Assembly: GCA_964620405.1 (NCBI GenBank)
Contig: CAZUJM010000008.1
Coordinates: 1-60,417, forward strand
Direction of reading: 5' to 3'
Origin: an uncultured Pirellulaceae bacterium
GTDB taxonomy: Bacteria > Planctomycetota > Planctomycetia > Pirellulales > Pirellulaceae
Length of the DNA: 60,417 bases
Part shown: in pieces, positions 1 to 12,580 of the stretch
Position numbering within the stretch: position 1 is the stretch's first letter
Layout: the number at the start of each line of letters is the position of its first letter
Program-made: the position numbers and the translations under genes
The notes under the pieces: generated by a model
Database searches by the model: none
What the model was told of the DNA's origin: nothing
The model's input: only the letters and a program-made list of their open reading frames with translations

Positions 1-235
1 GCCTTCCCCAGCCTGCAGGAGATGCACCTCGTCGACTACAAGGTCCGCGTCGTGAACTCCGAAGCCGGCACGGCGGCGCGCATCCGCGTGATCATCGAAA
101 GCAAGGATGCCCACGATGTCTGGGGGACCGTGGGCGTCAGTGAAAACATCATCGAGGCCAGCTGGATGGCGCTCGTCGACGCAATCGAATACAAACTCTG
201 CAAAGACACGGCTCGTGGGCCCAAGGATTCCTCGC

Positions 236-3379
<3,144 letters not shown>

Positions 3380-3600
3380 CGCGTACCAAACGCAGGCAGC
3401 CCGTTCACTGCAGCCCGTTCGCGTGCGGAAGCGGGCGTGTAGTGAACGGCCCCGCCCAAACGGCCCTGCCGGGAACAGGCGGTAAACCGCCGGGTCCGCT
3501 GCGGGGCCTGTTTCCCGCTGCCGTTTCGGCAGGTACACTGGGACCACGGTGCGTCACTTCGTCGACTGGCCCCTCGGGGCGCCGCTGGGAGTTCAGTTCC

Positions 3601-4002
3601 ATGCCCGTGCAGATGCAGCTGTCCCGGATCATCATCAGCGAGATCAACGAGCAGCAGGTGATCTACCTGCGCGAGGTGAACGGCGACCGTCAGTTCCCGA
3701 TCCTGATCGGCATCTTCGAGGCGACCAGCATCGACCGGCACGTCAAGGATATCGTCTCGGCCCGTCCCCTGACGCACGACCTGCTGGTGAACACGGTCGA
3801 GCAGTTGGGCGCGGAGTTCGACAGCATCGTCATCACGGAACTGCGCGAGCATACCTACTTCGCGAAACTTCGCATCCGCCACAATGGCGAATTGATCGAG
3901 GTCGACTCGCGTCCGTCGGATGCTATTGCGGTCGCGGTAACCTGCAGTCCTCCGCTGCCCATCTATGTGAATGAAGAGGTGCTGGACGAGGCCACCGAAT
4001 AG
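3601..4002 (+). CDS. bifunctional nuclease family protein (DUF151/BFN)
   Basis: 133-aa product starting at ATG 3601. The segments IISEINEQQVIYLREV..FPILIGIFEATSI..RPLTHDLL..IVITEL..TYFAKL..VDSRPSDAIAVAV fit the BFN-family pattern. Only the last quarter of the 2440..4002 ORF looks like protein. Confidence 0.8.
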   Translation: MPVQMQLSRIIISEINEQQVIYLREVNGDRQFPILIGIFEATSIDRHVKDIVSARPLTHDLLVNTVEQLGAEFDSIVITELREHTYFAKLRIRHNGELIEVDSRPSDAIAVAVTCSPPLPIYVNEEVLDEATE

Positions 4003-4193
4003 CCTCCGGCCGCTTGGCCATGCCGCACCGGATCGCCCCGCCCACGTGCGCATCGCGACGGCGAGTCATGCTTTCGATTCGCAACCGCTGCGGGCGACCT
4101 GACGCTGGCCTCCAGTCCCGGATCGCCCAGCACAAGCTCCCAGTCCAACCACCGGCCAACCGTCGACCCGTTTTTCACTCGGTGACCTTCTCC

Positions 4194-5126
4194 ATGCCCC
4201 ACGACGACTCCGCCAGCCCGGGAACGCGATTGCGAGCAGCGGCCGCGGGCGGCTGCCTGCAGGTTCCCGGAGCGCCCAACGCGCTGATGGGAAGGCTGAT
4301 CGAGCAGGCCGGCTTTCCCGCCGCGTACCTGTCCGGCGCCGCTTTTTCCGCTGGTACGCTTGCCCTGCCCGACATCGGACTCTTCACCCTCAGCGAACTG
4401 GCCCAGCAGACCACATGGCTTACCCGACGCGTGCGGATTCCTGTGATCGTCGATGCTGACACGGGCTTCGGCGAAACGCTGAACGTGGAGCGTACGGTGG
4501 TGGAACTGGAGGCGGCGGGCGCGGCGGCGATCCAGCTGGAGGACCAGCAGATGCCGAAACGCTGCGGGCACCTGTCCGGCAAGCAGCTGATCGAAGCCGA
4601 CGCGATGTGCCTGAAGATCCGCGCGGCCGTGGCGTCGCGCCGTGATCCGGGCCTCGTGATCCTGGCGCGTACCGACGCGCGTGGCGTGACCAGCTTCGAG
4701 GATGCCGTCGCGCGGGCCCGAGCGTATGTCGCGGCGGGAGCCGACTGGATCTTCCCGGAAGCGTTGTCCGGTGAAGAGGAGTTTGCTCGCTTCGCGCAGG
4801 AAGTGCCGGTGCCGCTGGTGGCGAACATGACGGAGTTTGGCAAGTCGGACCTGCTGCCGATCGACGTTTTCCGGCGGCTCGGCTATGCGGCCGTCCTCTA
4901 TCCTGTCACGCTCCTGCGCGCGGCCATGCATGCGGCCGCTGATGTGCTCGATACGATCGCCCGCGACGGCTCGCAGAAAAACCACCTGCCCCGCATGCAG
5001 ACTCGCCAGCAGCTCTACGACCTGCTGGGCTACGAGGGTTTCGAAGAAAGGGATCGCGCCTACTTCGGCCACGCGACTTCCCCACCCCCAGGAGAATCCC
5101 GCGGAACGGGAGCCAAGCCATCATGA
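4194..5126 (+). CDS. prpB: methylisocitrate lyase (PEP mutase/isocitrate lyase superfamily)
   Basis: Family motifs are present: VPGAPNAL..AGF.A.YLSGA, IVDADTGFG, the catalytic-loop-like KRCGHLSGK, and LARTDA. ATG 4194 was chosen (MPHDDS..). The gene is coupled to the next one by an ATGA overlap. Confidence 0.85.
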   Translation: MPHDDSASPGTRLRAAAAGGCLQVPGAPNALMGRLIEQAGFPAAYLSGAAFSAGTLALPDIGLFTLSELAQQTTWLTRRVRIPVIVDADTGFGETLNVERTVVELEAAGAAAIQLEDQQMPKRCGHLSGKQLIEADAMCLKIRAAVASRRDPGLVILARTDARGVTSFEDAVARARAYVAAGADWIFPEALSGEEEFARFAQEVPVPLVANMTEFGKSDLLPIDVFRRLGYAAVLYPVTLLRAAMHAAADVLDTIARDGSQKNHLPRMQTRQQLYDLLGYEGFEERDRAYFGHATSPPPGESRGTGAKPS

Positions 5127-6229
5127 ACAAGCCCGCTTACGATTCAGGGCTCGAAGGCGTTGTCGCCGGCGAGACGCGCGTCAGCACGATCGACGACGGC
5201 CTGCGATACCGCGGCTACGCGGTCGAGGAGCTCGCGGACCGCACGACGTTCGAGGAGGTGGCGTACCTGCTGCTGCACGGGCAGCGGGCCACGCCTGCCG
5301 AGTCGGCTGCCTTCCGCGAGCGATTGGGCGCGGCGGCGAGCCTGCCCGCCGAAGTGACGCGGACGCTCGAATCACTGCCCGCCGCGACCAACTCCATGGA
5401 CGCCATGCGGACCGGCACGAGCCTGCTGGCGCACTGGGATCCCGACACGCAGGCCACCGATCGCGCGGCGAACCTTCGCAAGTCCGAACGACTGCTGGCC
5501 CAGTTGCCGCTGGTCATGGCCGTCGACCACCACCGGCGGTTCGGCACTCGCATGTTCCCCGCGCGCCCCGAACTGTCCCTCGCCGCCAACCTGCTGTGGA
5601 TGCTGAGCGGCCAGGAGCCGACGGAAGAGCACGTGCGTGCCATGGATGTGTCACTCATCCTGTACGCCGAGCATGAGCTGAACGCCTCGACCTTCACGGC
5701 CCGCGTGGTGACATCGACGGGAGCGGACCTGCATTCGGCGATCACGGCGGCGATCGGCGCGTTGAAGGGTCCGCTGCATGGAGGCGCGAACGAGCGGGTG
5801 CTGGAGGTGCTGCAGCAGGTAGGCACGCCGGAAAATGCCGAGGTCTGGGTGCGCGACGCGCTGGCCCGCAAGGTGCGGATCATGGGCTTCGGCCACCGCG
5901 TCTACAAGACCGGTGACCCTCGCGCCCGCTACCTGAAACCGCTCTGCGAGCAACTGGCCCGCACCGAGGAGCACCGCCAGATGGAACGCACATCCGCCGT
6001 GATCGAGGAAGCGGTCGTGCGCGAAAAACGGCTGCCACCAAACCTCGACTGGCCCAGCGCGCGGCTGTATTACTACCTCGGACTGCCCGTCGAACTCTAC
6101 ACGCCCCTGTTCGTCATCAGCCGCGTCACCGGCTGGAGTGCGCATGTGATGGAGCAGTGCGAGAACAACCGCATCATCCGCCCGCGTTCCATCTACACCG
6201 GCGAACCGGCCCGCAGCTGGCAGCCGTAG
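5123..6229 (+). CDS. prpC: 2-methylcitrate synthase / citrate synthase family protein
   Basis: Citrate synthase motifs are present: GLEGVVAGETRVSTI, ILYAEHELNASTF, GPLHGGANE and GFGHRVYKTGDPR. The start overlaps the prpB stop by 4 nt (ATGA at 5123-5126). Confidence 0.85.
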   Translation: MNKPAYDSGLEGVVAGETRVSTIDDGLRYRGYAVEELADRTTFEEVAYLLLHGQRATPAESAAFRERLGAAASLPAEVTRTLESLPAATNSMDAMRTGTSLLAHWDPDTQATDRAANLRKSERLLAQLPLVMAVDHHRRFGTRMFPARPELSLAANLLWMLSGQEPTEEHVRAMDVSLILYAEHELNASTFTARVVTSTGADLHSAITAAIGALKGPLHGGANERVLEVLQQVGTPENAEVWVRDALARKVRIMGFGHRVYKTGDPRARYLKPLCEQLARTEEHRQMERTSAVIEEAVVREKRLPPNLDWPSARLYYYLGLPVELYTPLFVISRVTGWSAHVMEQCENNRIIRPRSIYTGEPARSWQP

Positions 6230-6305
6230 CGGGCCGTGCCGTGGCAAGCCGCTGGCAACTGCTGCCAGCGGCAGTTCCCGCCAGTAACTCCACGCGTCGC
6301 CCGAC

Positions 6306-7826
6306 TCAAGCCAGTTCGGCGATGCGGCGGAAGTCCTCGCGCAGCGAACGGTACAGCTGCTGGAAAACGGGGAAGGCCCGCGTGTGGTACCGCGCGGCCC
6401 CGCGATCGACGGGCGTCTCATCCACCGTGTGGATCGTCGCGGCGCACGCTTCTTGGATATTGCGGTACGCGCCCGCTCCCACGGCCGCCAGCAGCGCGAC
6501 GCCGTAACCGGGCCCCTGCTCCGCGTTGATGCGATACACCTTCTTGCCGAACACATCCGCTTGGATCTGCCGCCAGAGGTCGCTCTTCGCACCGCCGCCG
6601 CCGACGCGGATCTGCCGTACCGGTACACCCAACCCCTCGATGATGGCCAGGCTGTCGTTCAGCGCGTACGCCACGCCTTCCATGATGGAGCGTGCCAGGT
6701 GGCCGCGCGAGTGCTTCAGCGTGAGGCCGACGAAGCAGCCCCGCGCCAGCGGATCGGCATGCGGCGTGCGTTCGCCTGCCAGGTAGGGCAGGAAGAACAG
6801 GCCCTCGCTGCCCGTCGGCACCGCTGCCGCTTCCTGGTTCAGGATCGCGTACGGATCGGCCTTCTTGCCCTTGCCGAGTTCCGCGCACAGTTGCTGGCAG
6901 AACCATTCCAGCGATCCCGCCGCTGACAGACTCACCCCCATCATGTGCCACTGCCCATGCACCGCGTGGCAGAAGGTATGCAAGCGTCCGGCCGGGTCGA
7001 ACTGCATCTCGTCGCTATGCACGAACATGACGCCGGAAGTGCCGAGCGAGCTGGCGAGCAGCCCCTTCTTCACGATGCCGTTGCCCACCGCGTTCGCCGC
7101 GCAGTCGCCCGCTCCCCCCACGACCACGCAGTCGGTCGACAGGCCAAGCAGCTTGGCCGCTTCACGCGTCAACTGTCCCGTCACCTGCTCCGACTCATGC
7201 ACCCGCGCGAACAGGTCGCTGTCGAGTTCCAGTTTCGAGAGCAGCGGCTTGGACCAGTTGCGATGGGCCACATCCAGCAGCAGCATGCCGCTCGCATCGC
7301 TCACCTCCGTTGCGAACTCCCCCGTCAGCCGGCGACGGATGTCGTCCTTGGGGAGGAGGATCTTCCTGGTGCGGTCGAAGTTGGCGGGTTCATGGTTGCG
7401 AAGCCAGAGGATCTTGGGGGCGGTGAATCCGGTCAGCGCGGGATTGGCCACCCACTTGATCAGTTGCTTGCGGCCGCCCGCCCGACGCTCGATCTCTTCG
7501 CATTCGGCGGCGGTCCGCTGGTCGTTCCAGAGCAGCGCCCGGCGCACGACCTGGTTCTTGGCATCGAGGAACACGCTGCCGTGCATCTGGCCCGAGAGGC
7601 CGATCGCCTTGACATCGGCCGGCTTGAGCTGCGCCTTCTTGACAACCGCGCGCACCGTCTTGACCGTGGCCTGCCACCAGTCCTCCGGGTCCTGCTCGCT
7701 CCACAACGGTTGCGGATGGTAGGCCGGGTAGTGCGCGGTGGCTTCCGCCAGAATCGCGCCAGCCTCGTTCATGGCCAGCGTCTTGGTGCCCGAAGTGCCG
7801 ATGTCGATGCCCAGGTAAACGCCCAT
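6306..7826 (-). CDS. xylB: xylulokinase (FGGY carbohydrate kinase family)
   Basis: The N-terminus [19 protein letters not shown] and the C-terminal [18 protein letters not shown] fit the FGGY kinase family. ATG (cat on the + strand at 7824-7826) is preceded by a GGAGAG ribosome-binding site. The 85 codons further upstream in the ORF are Arg-rich and not protein-like. Confidence 0.85.
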   Translation of the reverse strand: MGVYLGIDIGTSGTKTLAMNEAGAILAEATAHYPAYHPQPLWSEQDPEDWWQATVKTVRAVVKKAQLKPADVKAIGLSGQMHGSVFLDAKNQVVRRALLWNDQRTAAECEEIERRAGGRKQLIKWVANPALTGFTAPKILWLRNHEPANFDRTRKILLPKDDIRRRLTGEFATEVSDASGMLLLDVAHRNWSKPLLSKLELDSDLFARVHESEQVTGQLTREAAKLLGLSTDCVVVGGAGDCAANAVGNGIVKKGLLASSLGTSGVMFVHSDEMQFDPAGRLHTFCHAVHGQWHMMGVSLSAAGSLEWFCQQLCAELGKGKKADPYAILNQEAAAVPTGSEGLFFLPYLAGERTPHADPLARGCFVGLTLKHSRGHLARSIMEGVAYALNDSLAIIEGLGVPVRQIRVGGGGAKSDLWRQIQADVFGKKVYRINAEQGPGYGVALLAAVGAGAYRNIQEACAATIHTVDETPVDRGAARYHTRAFPVFQQLYRSLREDFRRIAELA

Positions 7827-7927
7827 GATCTCTCCTCGACTCCCGTGAAAGCCGTGTACTTTATCGGCCACGCAGCCTTCCCGCAACTTATCCCCTCGAC
7901 GCAACCCGCACGGGCCACTCGCATCGG

Positions 7928-8004
7928 CCCGTGACCACGGGCGGCGTTTGCAGGCGCCCGTTCTACGGGCGGCGTTTTGCAGGCGCCCGTGACCACGGGC
8001 GGCG
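7928..8004. repeat. About 2.6 tandem copies of a 29-bp unit, each carrying a short palindrome (CCCGTnnnACGGG + CGGCGTTT(T)GCAGGCG), in the divergent xylB / solute-binding-protein intergenic region
   Basis: Read directly from the sequence: cccgtgaccacgggcggcgtttgcaggcg / cccgttctacgggcggcgttttgcaggcg / cccgtgaccacgggcggcg. CCCGTG..CACGGG is a perfect palindrome. ACGGGCG..CGCCCGT arms can also pair across units. Confidence 0.8.
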
Positions 8005-8200
8005 CGGCTCGACTTGGCTCGCGCCCTGGTGGCTACCCGGCGCGGGCTGATCGAGCAACAATGAGGGCGGCGATTACGCAACTGTTGTACGAATTGAACG
8101 AAGGACGCGCATGCCCGCTCGCTCCACGCTCGCTTCCGCTGTCGCTTCCAGCTCTTCTCGCGGCATCACGGCCCCCGCTCGGCCCACGCCTTGGAGATGC

Positions 8201-9868
8201 ATGGTCACCCGCCGCTTTGCCCCCGGGGGCCTTGCACTGCCGATGCTGGTGCTGTGGAGCGTCCTGGCAATACTCGGCTGCCAACCAGCACCGACCCCGC
8301 CTGGCAGCGACCGGTCGGCCACAGACGCGACGACGAACGGGGGGGCCGCTTCCTCGACCGGTCCCTCCGGCGATGCGCAGAAGAGCGATGCGTCCGCCGA
8401 GCCCGCAGCCAACGAGCCGCTGCGCGTGCTGGTGGTCGACGACCCCGCCTTGGGTCAGGCCATCGCGCGTCAGTGGCGTGCGCACGCCCAGCAGCAACTG
8501 ACCATCGTCGACGCCCGGTCCACAACACTCGATGACAAGACGGCCGACGCCGACGTGATGGTTTTTCCATCGGCCCTCCTGGGACAGATGGTTGTCAACC
8601 GCTGGATCGTGCCCTGGCCCCGCCCGTGGCAACCCGCTGGCGATCGTTCCGTCACCACGAGCGCGAGCGGAGCCGATGAAGAATATCGCTGGAACGATGT
8701 GCTGCCGTTCCTGCGACGCCAGGAACTGCGATGGGGTGAGCAGCAGTATGGCGTGAGTTTCGGTTCGCCCTTGCTGATGCTGTTCTATCGACAGGACCTG
8801 CTCACCGCCTGGGGCCTGGAGGCTCCGCGCACCTGGACCGACTACCTCGCGCTGCTGCCGAAGATTGACGCGAAACTGCAGGCGGCCCGCGCGGCGAAGG
8901 AACGCGGCGAGGCAACCGGCATCGCGGGCCCCGTACCATCGCACGCCACGCTGCTTCCGCTGACGCCCGGCTGGGCTGCCCGCTGCCTGCTGGCCTGGGC
9001 AGCTCCCTACGCCCGCCACCCGAACCAGTATTCCACCTTCTTCCAGTTCGTCACGATGGAGCCGCTGATCGCCCGTCCACCGTTCGAGCGAGCGCTGCAG
9101 GAACTGCTGGAGGCGACGCGCTACGCGCCGGAAGAGGCTTGGACGCAGGCACCCGACGATGTGATGCGCCGATTCCTGGCGGGCGATGCCGTGCTGGCCT
9201 GGTCCTGGCCCAGCGCAGCGCGCGACGGCGATGCAGCTTCGCAAACAGGAACGGATACGGCGGACAGCGCAAGCAGCGGCGCGAACCTTGCTGTAGACAG
9301 CAATGCCGCGGGGAAACCGTTTTCGTTCGGCATCCGTTCGCTGCCCGGTTCCACGTCCGTCTACCAGCTGTCGGAAGCCCGCTGGGAAGAGCGTGCGGCG
9401 CCGGGCGAAGTGCCATTGTTCGGAGTGGCCGGCCGTGTGGGCGCGGTCGCTCGCCGCAGTCGCTCGCCGGAGGCCTCCTGCAACCTGTTGCTGTGGCTGA
9501 CCGGGCAGGAGCAAGCGGCGCGGGTGGCGGCCAAGAGCTCTTTCGCCACCGCCGCGCGGCTATCCCAGTTGAGCACCAGGGCGGACCAGTGGGTCGACGC
9601 GCCGCTGGCCGCGAACGCAGCGCAGTTCGCGGCCGCCATGCAAGCCAGCCAGCAGTCGCCTGACGCCCTCATGGTGCCGCGCATCCCGGGAGAGACGCGG
9701 TATCTCGACGCGCTCGACCTGGCCATCCGCCAGGCGCGCGCCGGCGACACGCCGCCCGCCACCGCACTGCAGCAGGCCGCCCAGGAATGGAATCGCATCA
9801 CGGAGGAATTCGGCAAGGACTCCCAGCGCAAGGCCTACGCCGAAAGCCTTGGGCTGACTGCGCCGTGA
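8201..9868 (+). CDS. extracellular solute-binding (ABC-type, family 1-like) lipoprotein; no permease or ATPase genes adjacent
   Basis: ATG 8201 follows a GGAG site. The signal and lipobox read ..LVLWSVLAILGCQ. The body (LRVLVVDDPALGQAI.., GVSFGSPLLMLFYRQDLL..WGLE.PRTWTDYL, ..FLAGDAVLAWSWPS) resembles sugar-type periplasmic binding proteins. Confidence 0.55.
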   Translation: MVTRRFAPGGLALPMLVLWSVLAILGCQPAPTPPGSDRSATDATTNGGAASSTGPSGDAQKSDASAEPAANEPLRVLVVDDPALGQAIARQWRAHAQQQLTIVDARSTTLDDKTADADVMVFPSALLGQMVVNRWIVPWPRPWQPAGDRSVTTSASGADEEYRWNDVLPFLRRQELRWGEQQYGVSFGSPLLMLFYRQDLLTAWGLEAPRTWTDYLALLPKIDAKLQAARAAKERGEATGIAGPVPSHATLLPLTPGWAARCLLAWAAPYARHPNQYSTFFQFVTMEPLIARPPFERALQELLEATRYAPEEAWTQAPDDVMRRFLAGDAVLAWSWPSAARDGDAASQTGTDTADSASSGANLAVDSNAAGKPFSFGIRSLPGSTSVYQLSEARWEERAAPGEVPLFGVAGRVGAVARRSRSPEASCNLLLWLTGQEQAARVAAKSSFATAARLSQLSTRADQWVDAPLAANAAQFAAAMQASQQSPDALMVPRIPGETRYLDALDLAIRQARAGDTPPATALQQAAQEWNRITEEFGKDSQRKAYAESLGLTAP

Positions 9869-9902
9869 TGTTCGCGCCGTGATGTTCGCGCCGTGATGTT
9901 CG
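9861..9902. repeat. Perfect 3 x 14-bp tandem repeat (cgccgtgatgttcg); the first copy contains the stop codon of the upstream CDS
   Basis: Direct reading gives three identical copies at 9861-9874, 9875-9888 and 9889-9902. Confidence 0.9.
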
Positions 9903-9952
9903 CAGCGTAGTGACCGCGATCGGTTCGGATCAGGTCAGTTCTTCCTGGCAGC

Positions 9953-12454
9953 TCAATAACGCAGCAGCCACACTTCGCGGACCTGGCAGCCGCGGCCGTT
10001 GCCGCCGAGGCCCGGCTCACGGTGCCAACGGAGGGTCAGCACGCCGTCGGCCGTTGCCGATCGCGGCACCATGGCCTCCACCTGCGTCTCCGGGTTCGTC
10101 GTCTTGTCGACCCACGCGTGCACCTCCTGCCCTTCCGCCTCCAGCCGCACACGCGCGGGAAACAGATCGGGGGCGTACACGACGCGCACGCGATACCGGG
10201 CCGAGGCATCGAGGCCTTCGTAATGCATCTCCTGCGGATGGTCGTAGAGGCTGAGCGAGTAGGTGGCCCAGGCGCGCGGCAGGCCGGGGCGAGTGTCGAA
10301 ACTGGCGATGGGTGTGCGGCGAAAATCTGGATCGGAGGCGAATCCGGCGCCGCGCACCAGATGCGGCTGCCGCGACGGATTTCCCAGGTCGTCATAGAAA
10401 CCGCCCGGACCGGGATCTTCGCGATGCAGCAGCTGGCGGATCGCGTCGAGGCGTTCCGACTCCGTCGGTAGCCCGCGCGCTCGCTCGAACTGCGCCACCA
10501 GCCACGCGCGATCGTTCAACGGCGCGTCGAGCGTCTGCTGCGACGTGCCTCGGCCCAGTTGCCCCTGGTAACGCTCCGTGTCCAGCTGCATCCGCACGCT
10601 CTGGAACAACGCTTCGGCCAGTTCGCGGGTGCGGACGCGCAGCGGATCGGCGTTCGGAGCCATCGCGCCGCGTGCCAGGATTGTTTCAGCCTCCTGCATC
10701 GCCGCCTGCGCGCCCTGGGCGGGAGCGTCGGCAAGGACTCGCAGCGCGTCGTCCTCCGCTGCCGATTCCACCAGCAACCGACGCTGCACGAACGCGTCAT
10801 AGTAAGCACGATAGAGGGCCTGCTGGAACCGCCAGTTGAGCCGATCGGCGGGCGTCGCCGCCTGCTCCAGCTGCTGGAAGTGCTGCAGCGTCCCTTCTAC
10901 CTGCGTGTTGGTGGCCAGAGGCCCGCGCCAGTTGCGTTCCAGCATCGACAGTCCGCGCGCAAATCCCTCCGCATGCCGCTCGCCCACGAAGACGCGCGCA
11001 TACTGCCGCAGGATCTCCTCCACCGGCGTCTCCGGATTCCATCCGAGTCCGCTCCAGATCGCCTTGTTCACGTCATCGTTGCAACCTTCGGAGTAGGTGA
11101 TAAAACCGCAGGTCGCGTCCCGATAGTAGGCAAAGATGGTGGCTTGGTCTTCCGGTCGCGGATTGATCGGCTCCCGGCCTAGCGTCCGCGCGAAGGCCAG
11201 GTCCCAGTCGGGCACCGGATGCTGGCAGTTTAAGGTGTGGGTGATGTCGGGATACGCGCGGATGCGATAGCGTGTCGGAACCAGCTTTCGCAGCTCGGGA
11301 AGGCTCACGCGAATCTGCGGGCCATACACTAGCCCCTCGAGCCACTCGGGTTCCTCGCGGAGGATCTCCAGGAAGTCGTCCAGCCAAGGACCGCTGAAAG
11401 CCTGCGGCGCGACCCACAAACGCGCCTGGGGATGGTACTTGCGCAGCGACGCGATCTGCTTCTCGAGCAGGGGCATCAGCAGTTGGGGCGGCGTCTTTCC
11501 AGGGTCACCGCCGGGTACGAACAGCCCGTCGATCCGCGGCAGACGCTGGAACACCTGCTCCCACTCCCGCAACGAGAACTCCACGGTGGCCGGATCGGAG
11601 TAGTCCTTGTCGAGCGCCGGGAACCAGATCCAGACATCCAGCGCATACTCGTCGGCAAGCCCCGACATGGCCGCCATCATCTCCAGGGGTGGACGGGGAA
11701 AGTGCGGACTGTCCGCATCGTCGTCCGTACGCGGCGGCACCAGTTCGACCGCGTTCGCGCCGAAGACCACCAGGTCGCGATAGTACTGCTCCCACTGCGG
11801 CAGGTCCCAAGCATCGTAGGAGTTGGTTTTCGGTCGATAACCGAGCTGGTGGCCGCGCAGCGGATAGCGCGGCGAGCTGGTTTCGCGAAACGAATCGGGC
11901 AGCTGCACGCGGTCGCGGCCCATCCGCAGTTCGCGCAGCAGCCGTCCCACGGCGAAGAAGACACCCCGCTCATCGTTGCCTGCCACGACCACGGCGGCCC
12001 CGACCCGGTCCGCCGCGTTGCTTCCATCACTCCCGTCTCCCGCACGCACGGCAATCGAGAATCCCTCGGGCAAGTTCGAATCGGGCGACAGCGAGGCCTG
12101 CGGATAAGCGGCCGCGAGCGAAGCGCGAGTTCCCACCACCACGGCGATGACGTCGGTTTCCGAGGGCCATGCCGAAGTCACCGCCCACCGCAGACGCGTG
12201 CGACGGCCGATCTCCTCGACAAGAAACGTCGCCGCCTTGCGCTCGCGCGGCGTGGCCTGGGGGGACAGCACGACCACGGCCCGGGCCAGGTCGAGCATCC
12301 CTGGTGACGCGCCCGTGTCACTCACGACACGCGTCCCGCTGCTTTCCTCCGCCGCGAAAAGACCTGCGGAATCGGCTGGCATTTTCGACTGCATCGCCAA
12401 CCATGTGACACTCCAGAGCAACACCAGCAGCTGCCGGCGACGCGGACTCGCCAT
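9953..12454 (-). CDS. secreted hypothetical protein, probably a glycoside-hydrolase-like enzyme (N-terminal GH20b/GH67N-like domain followed by a TIM-barrel-like region)
   Basis: ATG 12454 gives a signal peptide (MASPRRRQLLVLLWSVTWLAMQS). The N-domain pattern VVLSP.ATPRERKAATFLVEEIGRRT..VAGNDERGVFFAVGRLLREL, followed by RGHQLGYRPKTNSYDAW, resembles alpha-glucuronidase/hexosaminidase-like families. The function is inferred, not proven. Confidence 0.5.
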   Translation of the reverse strand: MASPRRRQLLVLLWSVTWLAMQSKMPADSAGLFAAEESSGTRVVSDTGASPGMLDLARAVVVLSPQATPRERKAATFLVEEIGRRTRLRWAVTSAWPSETDVIAVVVGTRASLAAAYPQASLSPDSNLPEGFSIAVRAGDGSDGSNAADRVGAAVVVAGNDERGVFFAVGRLLRELRMGRDRVQLPDSFRETSSPRYPLRGHQLGYRPKTNSYDAWDLPQWEQYYRDLVVFGANAVELVPPRTDDDADSPHFPRPPLEMMAAMSGLADEYALDVWIWFPALDKDYSDPATVEFSLREWEQVFQRLPRIDGLFVPGGDPGKTPPQLLMPLLEKQIASLRKYHPQARLWVAPQAFSGPWLDDFLEILREEPEWLEGLVYGPQIRVSLPELRKLVPTRYRIRAYPDITHTLNCQHPVPDWDLAFARTLGREPINPRPEDQATIFAYYRDATCGFITYSEGCNDDVNKAIWSGLGWNPETPVEEILRQYARVFVGERHAEGFARGLSMLERNWRGPLATNTQVEGTLQHFQQLEQAATPADRLNWRFQQALYRAYYDAFVQRRLLVESAAEDDALRVLADAPAQGAQAAMQEAETILARGAMAPNADPLRVRTRELAEALFQSVRMQLDTERYQGQLGRGTSQQTLDAPLNDRAWLVAQFERARGLPTESERLDAIRQLLHREDPGPGGFYDDLGNPSRQPHLVRGAGFASDPDFRRTPIASFDTRPGLPRAWATYSLSLYDHPQEMHYEGLDASARYRVRVVYAPDLFPARVRLEAEGQEVHAWVDKTTNPETQVEAMVPRSATADGVLTLRWHREPGLGGNGRGCQVREVWLLRY

Positions 12455-12580
12455 CGGTGCCGGAGCGTCCGTTCCTTCTGCAGGTCGATCAGCGCGCACG
12501 AATTCCTCCGGGCATGGGATCCAAAGAGGGAACAAGGACAGGCCGAGACGAAGCCGGGCCACGGAATTCAGCCCGGCGGC

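Noticed and set aside
4194-6229. The prpB-prpC pair as something unusual (no prpD/acnD nearby)
   Set aside because: These are ordinary methylcitrate-cycle genes. The missing partners can lie elsewhere in the genome, and nothing in the sequence is atypical.
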